A stretch of 64,000 nucleotides of DNA. It comes from Octopus vulgaris (taxonomy: Eukaryota). The notes beneath the pieces are model-generated. The model ran no database searches. It was not told the origin of the DNA and saw only the letters and a program-made list of their open reading frames with translations. This document shows, one piece after another, positions 1-12,552 of the stretch. The DNA lies in the NCBI GenBank assembly GCA_951406725.2, contig CATOCA020000001.1, positions 3,782,001 through 3,846,000 on the forward strand. Reading direction: 5' to 3'. How positions within the stretch are numbered: the stretch's first letter is position 1; the number at the start of each line of letters is the position of its first letter. Both the position numbers and the translations under genes were made by a program.

Positions 1-67
1 TTTTAAATTTGAAAGCCCTGTGAATGCACCTTCTTTGATGGTTGCAATGTTGTTCCAATGCAGATAT
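1..67 (-). CDS. LRR exon (partial, runs off the window edge) of a secreted/cell-surface LRR protein
   Basis: Reverse complement reads ctctttctttactgctatAG|A TAT CTG CAT TGG AAC AAC ATT GCA ACC ATC AAA GAA GGT GCA TTC ACA GGG CTT TCA AAT TTA AAA = (L)YLHWNNIATIKEGAFTGLSNLK. This fits the typical LRR consensus LxLxxNxIxxIxxxaFxgLxxL. Its phase-2 acceptor matches the phase-2 donor at 3568. Not in the ORF track. Confidence 0.92.
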   Translation of the reverse strand, partial: MSALEQHCNHQRRCIHRAFKFK

Positions 68-149
68 CTATAGCAGTAAAGAAAGAGTAAAATAGATTAT
101 TTGGAAAATATTTGTGATACGATATCAAACACTTTGACTTCAGAATGAA

Positions 150-306
150 AGGAAGAAAAAGAAGAAAGATAACGAAGAAGAAAAAGAAGAAGAAAGATAA
201 CGAAGAAGAAGAAGAAGAAGAAGAAGAAGAAGAAGAAGAAAAAGAAGAAGAAGAAGTAGAAGAAGAAGAAGCAGAAGGAGAAGAAGAAGAAGCAGGAGGA
301 GAAGAA
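150..306. repeat. (GAA)n microsatellite
   Basis: Run of gaa units with few interruptions; source of the poly-E/K ORF 145..348. Confidence 0.95.
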
Positions 307-480
307 TATCTTAATGTGGCAGCCGTTTCATGTTTATTTCCTACTTGACTTGCACAACCTCGAGTGTCCGCTTCGCCTCTCTATGTACCAACACACACAT
401 CCACACACATACACGCACATGTATGCACATATAAGCACATACACACATATACACTCAGAAATATATACACATATGTATAT

Positions 481-1250
481 CTACCTCTGGGTGCGAGTAT
501 GTGCGTGAACCTCGTCCCCGTAGTGGTGTCCTTTTATCTGTCGATACAGTTTATTATCGAATCTAAAGATGTTGTCTTCTAGTTCCCGGCGTGTGTCTTT
601 GGAAATGCGTTTTGAAGCGTCGTCCATCCGTCCGCTATGTTTTTCTACCCAGTGTTTGATTGCTTCCAGGCCCAAAGTGTGATGTATTTGTACAAAGATT
701 AGTCAAATATTTTAAGTATAGTACGTTCTGGGACAGTGGGTGGAATGTGTTTGATGAAATCCATATCGTCTCGGGTATAGCTGGGCATTAATGGGCACAA
801 CGGTTTGAGGAGTATATCCAAAAGATGGCTCAGTTGTTGTGTTGGGGCTCAAGGTCCAGCAACTGTTGGTCTCAATTTGATGTCAGTAGGTCTTAGTATT
901 TTTATATGCTGATCCTTGCATTTTGGAGCATTCGCAGATCTTGGGTGATCCATAGAAATTACTCTCTTTCATTACAGAGCTGCATAAATAATCTTTCTCT
1001 TTATCTGTGAACGAACGTTGGTATTCATTTATCAGACTTTTGAGTGTATTCATTATTACATTTTCCGGGTGTCTTGGTTCTTCCTTGTAGCAGGATTGGT
1101 CTGTTTCCAATATTTTATTTTTATAGTAGTCTTGGTCCGTGACTGCTATCACCCTTCCCTAATCGGTTTCTTTTAGGATGATTGAATTGTCATTCTTCAG
1201 TTTGTAAGGCTTTCTTTTCTTCTTCACGAAGGTTCTGTTCGATTTACGGG
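481..1250 (-). mobile_element. Degenerate Penelope-like element RT fragment in the LRR intron
   Basis: Broken ORFs with PLE-RT-like motifs: IAVTDQDYY, NFYGSPKI (consensus FYGLPKIHK), DNIFRFDNKLYRQIKG. Confidence 0.75.
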
Positions 1251-2911
1251 TAGTTTATTATATAAGATATAAAACGGATTTAAGTCACCACGTAAAGTAT
1301 GAATGAAAAACACACATGCATGTAAAATATGAGAAAAGAATGGATGTTCAAAATATTTGTGATTTGAATTAGATTTACAAAGCATTCGTTGCAACATCAG
1401 TTTTCAGTGGAAGATATTTTTATCATCTCAGAAGTCAGCTTTATTTAGAAATATCTTGTTTCTGTCCAATGAGCATTCTATTTGTTATTACACTTTGCTG
1501 TCAAAAGTAATTTATCTTTGCAAAAGTAAACTCCTTTCCTTTGCATAATTGATGCATAAAAGTTCTTCACAAAAATAAACCCCCAAAACTTCAAGACTGA
1601 AATAATAGACTAGGAAGGAAAACATAACAGAAATAGAAAGGGATTTATTAATAGAATTGGTGAAGGTAGAGTGGGGAAACCCTGATATAATTTTGAGTCA
1701 TGTGCTACAACGGAGAACAACCTTACATGGTGATTTAACTGGCTTAGGGTGTTATTTAAAAAAGGGATGTGATTACATACATTGCCTTAGTTTTTTCGTC
1801 TTTTTTTAGTCCTTTGCTTCTTTTTCTTGTTGTATTAAACCTCAGTTTGTTCCCATTATTAACTACCTATGCTAAATCCTTCATCCCCTAAGTAGCATCC
1901 CTCTTCATTATTCCTGTAAAGGTTGACCTGCAACAGCTCAAACGGAATATTAATGATATCTGCCTCACAAGTATTGGAGATCTTGCAGGAGTTATAAAAC
2001 GTGTCTGATCCTTTTTTCAAAATCGGTAAAATAAAAAGTGTGGGATTTTAACTCAGATCACAAACAACTAGACAATATACGTCGTCATAGTTGCATTTGT
2101 TCATTGAACTGTTATAAGTTTTTATTGATCTCGGAAATGAATGATCCAAGGTTGACCTTAGCGGGACTTGAAGTCAGATTGCCGTGTGTCAGAACGCAAT
2201 GTATTCTGCTAGACGGTCAAATGATTTGTGCCAAACCTCGCTCAAGTTATGAACGATGAAAATATCTAACTTATTAAATAGAACTTCAACTTTACTATTC
2301 AACATCTTGAGTTATACGAGATTTAGGAATTCCATTATTGAAACTTTTCTCTTTATTTTACATTAGGATTTCTCATTTTGTCAAAACGTTCCAAATGTTT
2401 TGAGAAATAGATCTGATCGAATGAATTGATCCACTTTAGTATTAGAATATTTGATTAAAACTGAAAGTTTAAGGTGATTAATGCAATGATGCAAGCCAAT
2501 TAACTGGAAATAATCACCTGGAAGAGCAATGTGTTGCAACAGAGTATTTGTTATGATTGCATGTATCAAATAATTACTCTTTTTTATTCTATTCCATTTC
2601 TTGAGACGTTAAATTTTAATAATTTACTTAAAAATTACGTAAGTTTTCAGGTGAACGGGGATACATCAATCAGCCGAAACTTCAATTAACCTTCCATAAT
2701 TTTGTAATAAGGTTTATTGTGTTCATGATAGGGTAAATTTTACTGATGACATTCTATCAAAAATAAATTCCTCATAATTTGTTAAAATAACACTATTTTG
2801 ATTTCTTCACTTAGGTATTTTAAGAATTTGGCAATTTAAGCGGATCTCGTCATTATCTGCTGTTTAATCCATCTGTTTCATTTTTAATTATAAAAATAAT
2901 AATTTCTTCCA

Positions 2912-3110
2912 TAGGAACAAACCTGAAATTTTGGGAAAGGGACAAGTCCTTTACATTGATCTCAGAGATAAATTGCTATTTATTTTACCGACTCCAAAAG
3001 AATGAAAAGCAAAGTCAACCTCGACAGAATTTAAAATCGAAACGTAAAGACGAACGAAATACCGCTCAACATTTTGTCTGGCGTGCACAACGATTCTGAT
3101 AGCTCGCTGC
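2912..3110 (-). mobile_element. tRNA-derived SINE, diverged copy of the family at 9547
   Basis: Reverse complement resembles gcggcgagctggcagaatc...gcggtatttc...gaggtcgactttgcctttcat seen at 9547-9680. Confidence 0.7.
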
Positions 3111-3568
3111 ATATTCTATTATAAAATTAACAAAAAAAATAATTAACAATTATTCTGTGACACGATCAACTGATATTATATCATATTACTGTAATAATAA
3201 GCAACAATTCAACTAATTAATGATATAATATAACTATGTGGAATACACGTTTTCTTAGCACTAAAGTTTTTATACTGTCCGTTCATTGAATATACCGTAA
3301 GATTTGATAAGTTCAGACAAATGAAATCAAAGTCAGATACTAGTCATATCCAATCTCTGTGTATGCGATGTTATATATTATAAATTCAATATGGTAAGTA
3401 ACAGTTTATTTGACTTCACAGCAGGTAACATATCGATTTGTTTTACTCTAACATAAGATTGTGCTTAAAGCTGTGAGATAAACAGCATAAGCAATTAGCT
3501 GAGAACATAATCAATGAGAATTTAAAATATTGGATGTGGAAAATACGTAGAAAGTGTCAAATACTTAC

Positions 3569-3759
3569 AAATATTCAACATTCGTCGGAATTGGTTGTGG
3601 AATTGATAGTAAATTGCGATTTGCACAATTTATTCTCATTGTAAGTGAATTGCAAGTACATATCTTGCATATATCTGAATCAGCTTGAGTCTCCAAAAAC
3701 AATATCGTACACAGTATCAACGCAAGAGACCGTCTATATGATACTACGTGGTGAAACAT
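3569..3759 (-). CDS. First coding exon of the LRR protein: signal peptide plus LRRNT cap
   Basis: MFHHVVSYRRSLALILCTILFLETQA (hydrophobic signal) followed by DSDICKICTCNSLTMRINCANRNLLSIPQPIPTNVEY(L), an LRRNT (CxxCxC...C..L.sIP..IP). Donor TT|GTAAGT at 3568-3563 (phase 2). Strong acceptor (T)n-ACAG at 3781-3780, 20 nt before the ATG, so the exon is 3569-3779 and a non-coding exon must lie upstream. Confidence 0.92.
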
Positions 3760-4309
3760 ATTGCCAGGCGTAGATTTATCTGTAAAAAAAAAAAGGAAAT
3801 GTCAGAGATTTCAATGTTATTAACTTCACTTTGCAGATTCTCCGAAGGAACTAAAATTCACACCTGGTCCACATGACAAATATATTTTTGTTTTCATGAT
3901 TGGATATTTAAAGCTAAAAAATTAAATTTCGATAAATTAGTGTGAAGAAATTTATAAAAATATTATAGCTTTAACGCGTAATAATATCAAAGAAAACACC
4001 AAACTCACACACACAAACACAAACGCACTCCTACACACATCTGTAACCATACTCGGAGGGGGGTCTAATATATATATATACAAAACTAGCGAACCATGAG
4101 TTTCGTAGACCCTAAATACGCAGTGGTTGTAAACCCGGTTGGGTCGTTAAATCCGATGGGACCCCAGAAGCAACTGTATTGTATCAAAGGATTTTTCCTG
4201 TACCCCAGTTTTAGAAGCGTTCATACAAAGTTTTCCTTAAATGAACTATCATGATTTCATTTTACTTATTTTTTTTTTACTGAAAACAAGAATAAAGCAT
4301 GAACGTAAA

Positions 4310-5112
4310 TCTATATATATAAAACTCAACTTGTGTGTCTGTCTGTGTATCTGTGTGTGTGTCTGTGTCTTTTACTTCCCGGCACATCTCCTCCTAGCCA
4401 ACAAATCGTAGAACCACCAAACATGGGTCACTTAAAGTTTAGGCGAATGAAAATTGAACTGCGCTATTTCTGTTCCGAAATTCATCTCGCAAGTGCAAAA
4501 ATCGACAATGTGTTTGTTTAGGCCTTCTCCCATGCATTGAATAGTGAACTTTACTCAGTCAGCTGTTTGACGTGAACTGTGTTCACCACGCGTGCAAGCA
4601 TGCGTAAATTGCATGAAAAATAAACAAATCAAGATATAAAAACGAATCGCCGTAAACATTATAGAAATTCGGCAACGAAATGTATTTTCGGGGTGTAGCC
4701 TGGAGGGTTTTTTCGTATTAATCGTTTGGACTTTGTGAACTCATACCAATTGTTTTCATAACATTTTTAACGCTTTGAATTAAATATGACCATTTTGCGT
4801 TGAGTCTGCAGTTTGAATCACTAACCAAATTTTAGCAGGCCGGATTTTTGATCATCACGATACATCGCCAGCGACTCCTTGAAACTCACCTCTGAAATCC
4901 CCGTTGAGAAATACTGATCTAAAAGAATAATTCAACAATGCAATTATTTGATCAAAAAAAATTATGAAATACTTATACGTACTTCCTATTGAAGAAATGG
5001 TACACTTAAGCGCAAAAATAGAAGGCATTAATTGCTTGATTTTAAAACCAAGTTTGGATTAATTCGCGCGTGCATAGAACGCACGAGCGCACGAGGTGAG
5101 TAATACTGCTAG
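4310..5112 (+). mobile_element. Non-autonomous Helitron-like element
   Basis: Starts A^TCTATATATATAAAA followed by a (gtct/gt) microsatellite. Ends with a subterminal hairpin (cgtgc-atagaac-gcacg) and CTAG^T. Confidence 0.55.
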
Positions 5113-5824
5113 TGAACAAATAAAAATGGCCCTAAATCAAACGAAGCAAATTATAATCAATCGCTTTTTCATCCTCCTCTCAGCCTCCCAAATCTCACCA
5201 ACACACATCACAAATTTCTTCAAATTCTTTGCATTTCAACCGCCTCTACTGTCATTTGACCCTTCTCGGCCTCAAACAATACTTAACAAAACTCAACTAC
5301 TAAGAAAAATACCGACCCGATTTTTTGTACTACTAACATTCTTAACCACTCCCTCGAACCTGAAATGTGTTCTTAAAAAAGACCCCACTTGTAATTTGAG
5401 ATGGAATTGCTGTTTCATTAGTGTACCAGCTAGAAGGGTATACTCCTTCAACATTCAGATGAATTACTTATTTATTCACATCGTTTACAATTAAACATAC
5501 GTTATGTTCTAGCTTTGAGATTCTGATTATGTGATTGCTTACATTTAGAATAACTTTGCATGGTGGTTGTGAAAGGGCTAATGTGTTCAGTTTCAACAGA
5601 AATCAGGAAGAATATTTGGGCCCGACGTGGCCAGTGCCAATTCTAATGGGTTAACTGAAAATTATTGAAGTAAAAATAAAAGCATAAAAAAACATTTTAG
5701 GTAATTTGCGGACACAAATTAATGAGGACTTAACGATGGAGACCCTTTTTATCCCATCCTTAATGCTGTTGAAGAGCCTGGACAATGGTCAATAGAAGGC
5801 CGATATAATATATTGAAAATCGTA

Positions 5825-5945
5825 ACTTACCAATAAAGTGCTGTTAGTCTCTGTTCGTAAGAGGTAGTGAATGTTTATATATATCTATATATATATATAT
5901 ATGTGCGCATATATATATATATTGCGTCATTTGTTTATTTACCAT
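5825..5945 (-). promoter_or_regulatory. Candidate promoter plus non-coding exon 1 of the LRR gene, copy 1 (exon ~5831-5873)
   Basis: Minus strand reads TAAACAAA (Fox-like), TGACGCAA (ATF/CEBP-like, 5922-5929; second site 6103-6110), TA-rich/TATATAAA, cattcact, a 43-nt ATG-free stretch and G|GTAAGT. A consensus donor ~2 kb upstream of the 3780 acceptor. Confidence 0.5.
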
Positions 5946-5990
5946 AAATTTTTTCATTGAAGTAGCGGAACACAACGCACACAATTATGC

Positions 5991-6046
<56 letters not shown>

Positions 6047-6326
6047 CTGTCGATATAGATTGGCGTCTTTATTTCTCATTATATGAATGCGATATGAAAA
6101 GTTTGCGTCAGCAGTCATAGATGGGCGTTGATAGTGGAAAAGTGTAAATGAGAGAGGGAAAGAAAGTGATAGAAAGAGAGAGAGAGAGATAGGGCGGGAG
6201 AAAGAAGAAGAAGTGGGTTTTGTGTGTGTGTGTGTATATGCGTAACTGCATGAGACTGTTTGCATCCGCGGAACTGAAATTAACTGGAAATAATCTAAGT
6301 ACTATTTTGCAAATTGTGATATCTAT

Positions 6327-6587
<261 letters not shown>

Positions 6588-6590
<3 letters not shown>

Positions 6591-7051
6591 CGAATCACTG
6601 AAATCTGAAATATTAGAAGAAATTTACCAAAAACTTTCAACCATGAGAAAACATGAATATCTTGCTGATGCCTTCCATGAAATGGCACAAAAGACGCAAA
6701 TCTACATAAAAACACTTTATTCCCTTCTTACATACCAACACCAAAATGAGAACCAAAGCAGAACTCCAGAAACGGATATCCACAACCTAAATTCAACCAC
6801 ACAAGACGTACTAAAAGAATTGAATGAACTCAGCTTGGAAAAAGGAGACATACAAAAAGAGAAATCAAATGAAAAACATCCGGTTTAAGATATTAAATAA
6901 AAGAAACCAAGCATATTGCAGAGCCCTAAACAATGAAAACCTAGCCAACACTTATGAACAGTGGAGGGGCAGAGAAGAAGTAATACTCTCAAGAAACTTT
7001 CGTATCAAAGAAATAACGTCAGAAGCAAAGGAAGAAACAAAAAATATTTGA
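6588..7051 (+). mobile_element. Frameshifted ORF remnant, probably retroelement-derived (copies at 29914-30380 and 48371-48836)
   Basis: Overlapping broken ORFs (LNKRNQAYCRALNNENLANTYEQW...) with A-rich LINE-like composition and no splice structure. Confidence 0.35.
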
Positions 7052-7667
7052 GAAAAATCGTTTAAAAGCGACATTAACCGGAAATGATCAAAATATTGTT
7101 ATACGATCAGACGACAGATTTTTCATGTTTTAGAATCGATCTCACTTTTGCTCGATAACTATTGATCATCGATCTCTTCCCAAATACAACGTCTAAAGTC
7201 AACATTAAAATGAAGTATATTTCTAAATTCTTTGTTAGACCCTCCAGTGTTCACATTGTCATCCACCATTCTCTTCCTGAAGAATCTCTGAAGCTTAAGC
7301 TGGATGTGCTAGAAATAGCAGCCAAATATTTCCTCTGAGCAGACGATAGATTCATTTAACGATAGTGTCACTTCAGAAAATCAAGTTATCAATAACGATA
7401 ATAATTTAAATGGTATATATAATGATTGACATGGAAGCAAACGATACAAATTCATTTAACAATAGTTCGTTTCAGAAAATTACGTTTGTGAAATAAAGTA
7501 TATGATAGAGAAATTATAACAATTCTGAAGAGGAATTAAAGGTTTTAGCAGCTTTAAAGTTATGGGAAAAGAATTTTCGTTATCAAAGTAACAATATTTT
7601 ATACGAAAGAAGGATGACAGGCGAGGATTTTGTGGTGTGAAGGTTCTTCAAGTGTATATGTCCTGAT

Positions 7668-7708
<41 letters not shown>

Positions 7709-7849
7709 TGTGTGTTTGTGTGTGATGCAATGAGATACATAACCATGCCTAAGTGTTTCTTTAATATAAAACTGAATTGAATATTAATGATAATATTAAA
7801 TGATAATATTAAATGACATAATTTTTCTGTGAAGGAGGTTTAGTCTTCA

Positions 7850-8866
7850 ATGATTTCAGTCTCGTCCATCACTCTACTTATTTAGCCACCGGGCAGAAGA
7901 AACTGCTTTTCATTCCCGGCCAAAAGAAGGTGGCGGGGCGATCTTTACAATGAACTCGGCTCGTAAACTGGACGGATGAGTGCATGCAAGACTATTTCAT
8001 CGCCCTGCGCACAAGCCAAACATATCCGTCCGACAACACTTTCGTATCTGTAGAGCTTGTCTTGAATCGGCAGAGTTTCCAGGTAGCTCTGCCAGACCAG
8101 GGATTCCTGGAAGTTAAAGACCAGTTAGTTGATTCCCTCCACCTCCGCCCAGAATTTACCCCGATTTTTTCGTTGTTCTTTCCCCTCTACTAATCCCCTA
8201 TAGAAATCCATGTTGGAACTATCAACGCCCGCGTTGCCGACTGGCAGAAAGCTGTGAAAGCTTGCCGACACTCCAGGTGCCAAGCGCCCTTTCTTGGCCA
8301 ACGCTTGACTCAGTACTGTAGCTTCATCAGTGAGACGAGCTGCGGAAAGACCCGCTTCACAAACAGTCAATCCCCTATTCTCACCGCTAAAGAAACGAAG
8401 GAGATGTCGCAGTCTCAGCGTATGTCTGCGAATCATTAGCAACGACATGTCCAGTACTCCACTGAGAGGTTGTTGACAGCAGATGGACCGTCTGATGAGC
8501 GGAACACATCCCTTCTTTAGAAAGCGGAATAACAAACGCTCTAACTTTATCGGGCATGGGACTACATTCAGACAGTCATAGATGACGGAAGGGATGTACG
8601 CATTCGCCACTTCGACTCGACCCTTCACGAACAGCTTCCTCTCTGCCAACTTCTGGGTGAGATCGACTATCCTGTTCGTCACCTCCCAGCCGTTGTTGTC
8701 CACCCCGAGGTCAAGAGCAAACCAGAACCCAAGCAGTTTAACCTGTCATTCCGTCTAGCGCCCTACAAACTGTCGGTTGGTATGGGTCTGCCTCCCCACC
8801 CGCCGATTTGCAGGCCCACCGACTTCTCTTGGATAAGCTTTGCTCCTATCACTGCTTCGTGGACAG
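7850..8866 (-). mobile_element. Tx1/L1-clade LINE ORF2 fragment, module E (copies 17162-17462, 25935-26943, 31480-32490, 38170-39183, 49950-50960, 56672-57683)
   Basis: VKLLGVWF...WEVTNRIVDLTQKLAERKLFVKGRVEVANAYI...LERLLFRFL matches the post-RT region of L1/Tx1 ORF2; frameshifted. Confidence 0.85.
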
Positions 8867-8917
8867 TATTATGATGACACAGTCCGTGTTAGCTGATACG
8901 AACATTCCACATCCTAA

Positions 8918-8978
<61 letters not shown>

Positions 8979-9305
8979 CATCTGTATTTCTAATTATATA
9001 ATTTCGATTTGAAAAGTTTCAATCAGCAGTTTATGACGATTGGCGGTGGAAGTGGAAGAGTTAAAATGAGAAAGTGGGTAGAGGGAGTGATAGAAGAGAG
9101 AGAGGGGAAGGAAGAGGAGGAGAGTTGATGTGTACGATTGTGAGTGTGTGTGTGTGTGTGTGTCTGTGTGTGTGATGCAATTAGATACACAAACCTGCCT
9201 AATATTTTCTTTAATATGAAACTGGAGGGAATATCACATTAACGATTGCATTAAATGACAATTTTACTGAGAAGTGAGTGAAAAGTTTAGCCGGAAAAAA
9301 ATTCC

Positions 9306-9386
<81 letters not shown>

Positions 9387-9436
9387 TAATAATAATAATG
9401 ATAATAATAATAATATTAATAATAATAATGATAATG

Positions 9437-9483
<47 letters not shown>

Positions 9484-9505
9484 TATTATTATTATTATTA
9501 TTATT
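9306..9505. repeat. Head-to-head (AAT)n/(ATT)n microsatellite, empty Dong target site (also ~39677-39966, 58174-58364)
   Basis: An AAT run switches to an ATT run; the same flanks surround the Dong insertions at 33381 and 51892. Confidence 0.9.
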
Positions 9506-9546
9506 TGCCAATAGGGCCGGCATATGGGAGAAGATACAGTAGAAAA

Positions 9547-9775
9547 GGCGGTGAGAGCTGGCAGAATCTTCAGTAAGTCGAGCGAAATGCTTAGCGGTAT
9601 TTCTTCTGCCGTTACCTTCTGAGTTCAAATTCCCCCGAGTTCGACTTTGCCTTTCATCCTTTCGCGGTCGATTAAAGGAGTACCAGTTACGCACTGTGGT
9701 CGATATAAACAACTTAATCCGTTTGTCTGTCCTTGTTTGTCCTCTCTGTGTTTAGCCCCTTGTGGGTAGTAAAGT
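9547..9775 (+). mobile_element. tRNA-derived SINE (copies 18660-18890, 36677-36908, 40009-40240, 55184-55415, 58406-58637)
   Basis: A-box-like gagctggcagaat and B-box-like gagttcaaattcc, with tail gtttgtctgtccttgtttgtc...gtagtaaagaaa; resembles octopus SINE families. Confidence 0.8.
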
Positions 9776-10862
9776 AACAGGATACAGTAGACATGGACAG
9801 TGGGGATTTAACACAGAGACAACGAGTACACAGTTAAAAGATTAACAATGATATCTGACAAAAGAATATAACAATGAAATTTTGTAATAGGTGCAGGTAA
9901 TCCCCTGGAGTTGGCTCAGGTACCCACACCCCAATCCTGAACCACTCGACGCTTCGAGAGCTTCTGGGAAGAACACTCTCCTTTCTTTCAAATTCACTAG
10001 CCCAAAGGCGTGTTATTAGAGTAGGTCCACTCACACGTACCATTTTCTCTGTTCATCCACCTTTTGGCAAATGTACTGGGAGGCAGCACTTCACTCTGCA
10101 CCCTCATCTTCCTTTCCAAAGGAAATTTGAAAAAGTTGACGAGTGATTGGCCGTAGAGAAAAGTCTCTGCCTTTAGTCCTTTTAACCTGGTCCACAACAC
10201 AGCCTCTTTCGCTACTTGCTATTAGACATAAGTAAATTGCCTGACCTTCCGGACTGATTGAAAGTGGATGATCGATCTTCACTACGGACTCGGCCGATAG
10301 ATAGAACCACCGTACACGTGATAACAGCTGTTCAACATAACTCCACATGTCAGTAATGCAAGGACACTGGACGAGTGCGTGCAGAATGATTTCATAGCTC
10401 TGCGCACATGTCGGGTAGGTCGGTCAGACAGAACTTCCGTGCTTGTAGAGTTTATCTCGAACCGTCAGTGCCCCCCGACAGCACTGCAAAGCAAGGGACT
10501 TCTAGAAGTTATCCATCGTCCCCGTCTTGAAAGTCCTCCTCAACAGACTGGTTAGTTCAATTTTGTCAACGCCTAGCGTCTCTCCAAGTGCTTCATCGCA
10601 CTTTAACTCCACTAACCCTCCATAGAACTTCAGAGTGGATTTTCTACTGATCGCATTGCCCACCTGGTAGAGGACAGTGAGTGCCTAGCAACATTCCAGA
10701 TGCCAGTAACCCTTCCTCGGTCTCTTCTTGACCCACGACTGCAGCTTACTCAAGGAGATGAGATGTGGAACAGCCTGTTTGACAAACGATGACCACACCT
10801 GTTCACCATTTACGCAGAATGTTTGGAGGTGCCGCAGCCCCAGTGCATGTCTTCCACAGCAT
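9776..10862 (-). mobile_element. Tx1-clade LINE 3' fragment, module H (copies 18891-19975, 36909-37605, 40240-41295, 55414-56113, 58638-59722)
   Basis: MWSYVEQLLSRV...AVAKEAVLWTRL..LVNFFKF..ERKMRV, homologous to the C-terminus of the element at 14411-15910. Confidence 0.8.
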
Positions 10863-11161
10863 GCCCAGTGTTCCGGAAATCGGAAAGCGAAAGCACAAAA
10901 ACGAAAATTTGAAAAGGGAAAAGTAAAAACAGCATTTAAGTGTTCTCCTTGTTAGACATTGAATTATGAGGCTAATAAAATATCAAAAATCTAATCAAGA
11001 ATAGACGGAATTTTTCAGTTCTTCAAAATATATTTATACTTGACAACGACTGAAAATTCCAGACCTAGAGTCCAATAGAGGATTAAGCATCTTAGATCTG
11101 AACAGGATATGCACTCTTTCAGCTAAACAATGTTTATATTTATTCGATCCATTCACATAAG

Positions 11162-11300
11162 TTATGGATTCTCAATTACTTCCCATCCAGTCACAAGTGG
11201 TGTTTCGTTTTCTTCCAAACTTAGCCAGTTTCGTAGCTTTACTTTTGGCCTATATCGGAAGGGGATTATGTGATTGGCATAACGACTTTGCAATTCACCT
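11162..11300 (-). mobile_element. Degenerate Penelope GIY-YIG remnant (module I; also ~20.3, 41.6, 60.1 kb)
   Basis: GELQSRYANHIIPFRY...WEVI resembles GNFKTRFNNHTLSFKH...WKIL of the element at 27307-27939. Confidence 0.5.
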
Positions 11301-11914
11301 TTAATAAACAAAAGATTAAAAGAATAAAAGATGATGTGTGTGTGTGTACATGCATAGAAAAATACACCCACATACGCACGGATATATACATAAGCGCGCG
11401 CACACACACTCATAGGCGTATGGATTATTGTTTCGGTAAGTTGTATCCACGAGAAAGACACTTCCAGTGCTCTCATCTGAAAAGCACCAGCATTAACCAG
11501 GGGTTAACATTGCGGCAGACTGGTATCCTGTGTGTTGTATCCTTGTGTGTTGAAATACGTTCGATACCGAGATATACTGGGGGCCTAATGCGCCTGTAGA
11601 TCAGGCAGAGAATTTAGCTTAGAAAATGCTTTAATGTAGACATTCAGGCATGCGCAGTCAAGTGTTTGTGTAACGTTTATGGAGGAAAAGTCGATATGAA
11701 TATGACAAAAAAAGAAATACCGTATTTTCCGGTGTATAAGCCGCTATTTTTTACCTGGGAAATTTAGTAAGCCAACATTCTACAACCCTGTCTACGAGAC
11801 GACAAATATTAGTTCCATTACAACCTCTCAATCCGATACTAATATAAATCCTAATTTAGATTCTCCCCACTAACAACAAACCAACCAACATCAACATTAC
11901 TAATAGTAAACCCC

Positions 11915-12320
11915 AACCACTTGCAACTGTCGCGCTTGTGAAATATATGGTATGCAGACACCTGTCTCCTCAAAAGCGTAATCTATAAGTGCCACGTGAT
12001 TTCCCCATGCACCCACCAGGCAAGGGTGTATTTTAATGGCACTGAGGATTTTCAATGTCGTTGTCGTGCTCATATGTATTCTTTCACTAATCCCGAATCT
12101 AAACTATTTCAATCTTTAGCAACACACATATACAACCTCAATTCAAAACAATGTCCAACACGCTCTATCGTGGTCCATAGTATGTGAAGCTCCCCTCTAC
12201 AACACAAATATAGGTAAATGTATGTTATGTATAAAAGGGTCATTAACTATTCTTCGCCTCCACAACTCCTCACTGTTAAATTCTCTGACGTTATTTTTTA
12301 TCGTAAGCATAAATACTGCC
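11915..12320 (+). mobile_element. Degenerate Penelope GIY-YIG remnant (module J; copies ~21540-21940, 42865-43265, 61290-61690)
   Basis: Pieced across frameshifts: [59 protein letters not shown]. Confidence 0.65.
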
Positions 12321-12451
12321 CGACATCCATGCACTTCCCTAATTCCAAATAAATAAAGCTGTAAAGTAAAACAAGTGTCAACCTGACAATCGACAAGTGA
12401 AAACATTCCAAATAGCAAATATGTGTGTGTGTGTCTATGTATACATATATG

Positions 12452-12552
<101 letters not shown>

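Noticed and set aside
145-348. Poly-K/E ORF
   Set aside because: Translation of a (GAA)n microsatellite inside the LRR intron, on the opposite strand.
9547-9640. tRNA genes at SINE heads (also 25131-25200)
   Set aside because: A/B boxes are present, but I could not build a clean cloverleaf and each continues into a SINE body.
9274-9712. Poly-I/N/Y ORFs (also 33.1, 39.6, 51.5, 58.1 kb)
   Set aside because: Translations of (AAT)n and (ATT)n microsatellites.
10861-10900. Possible plus-strand hammerhead half (ttccg-gaaat-cggaa..GAAA)
   Set aside because: No CUGANGA upstream and no stem III/UH; it abuts a Tx1 junction.
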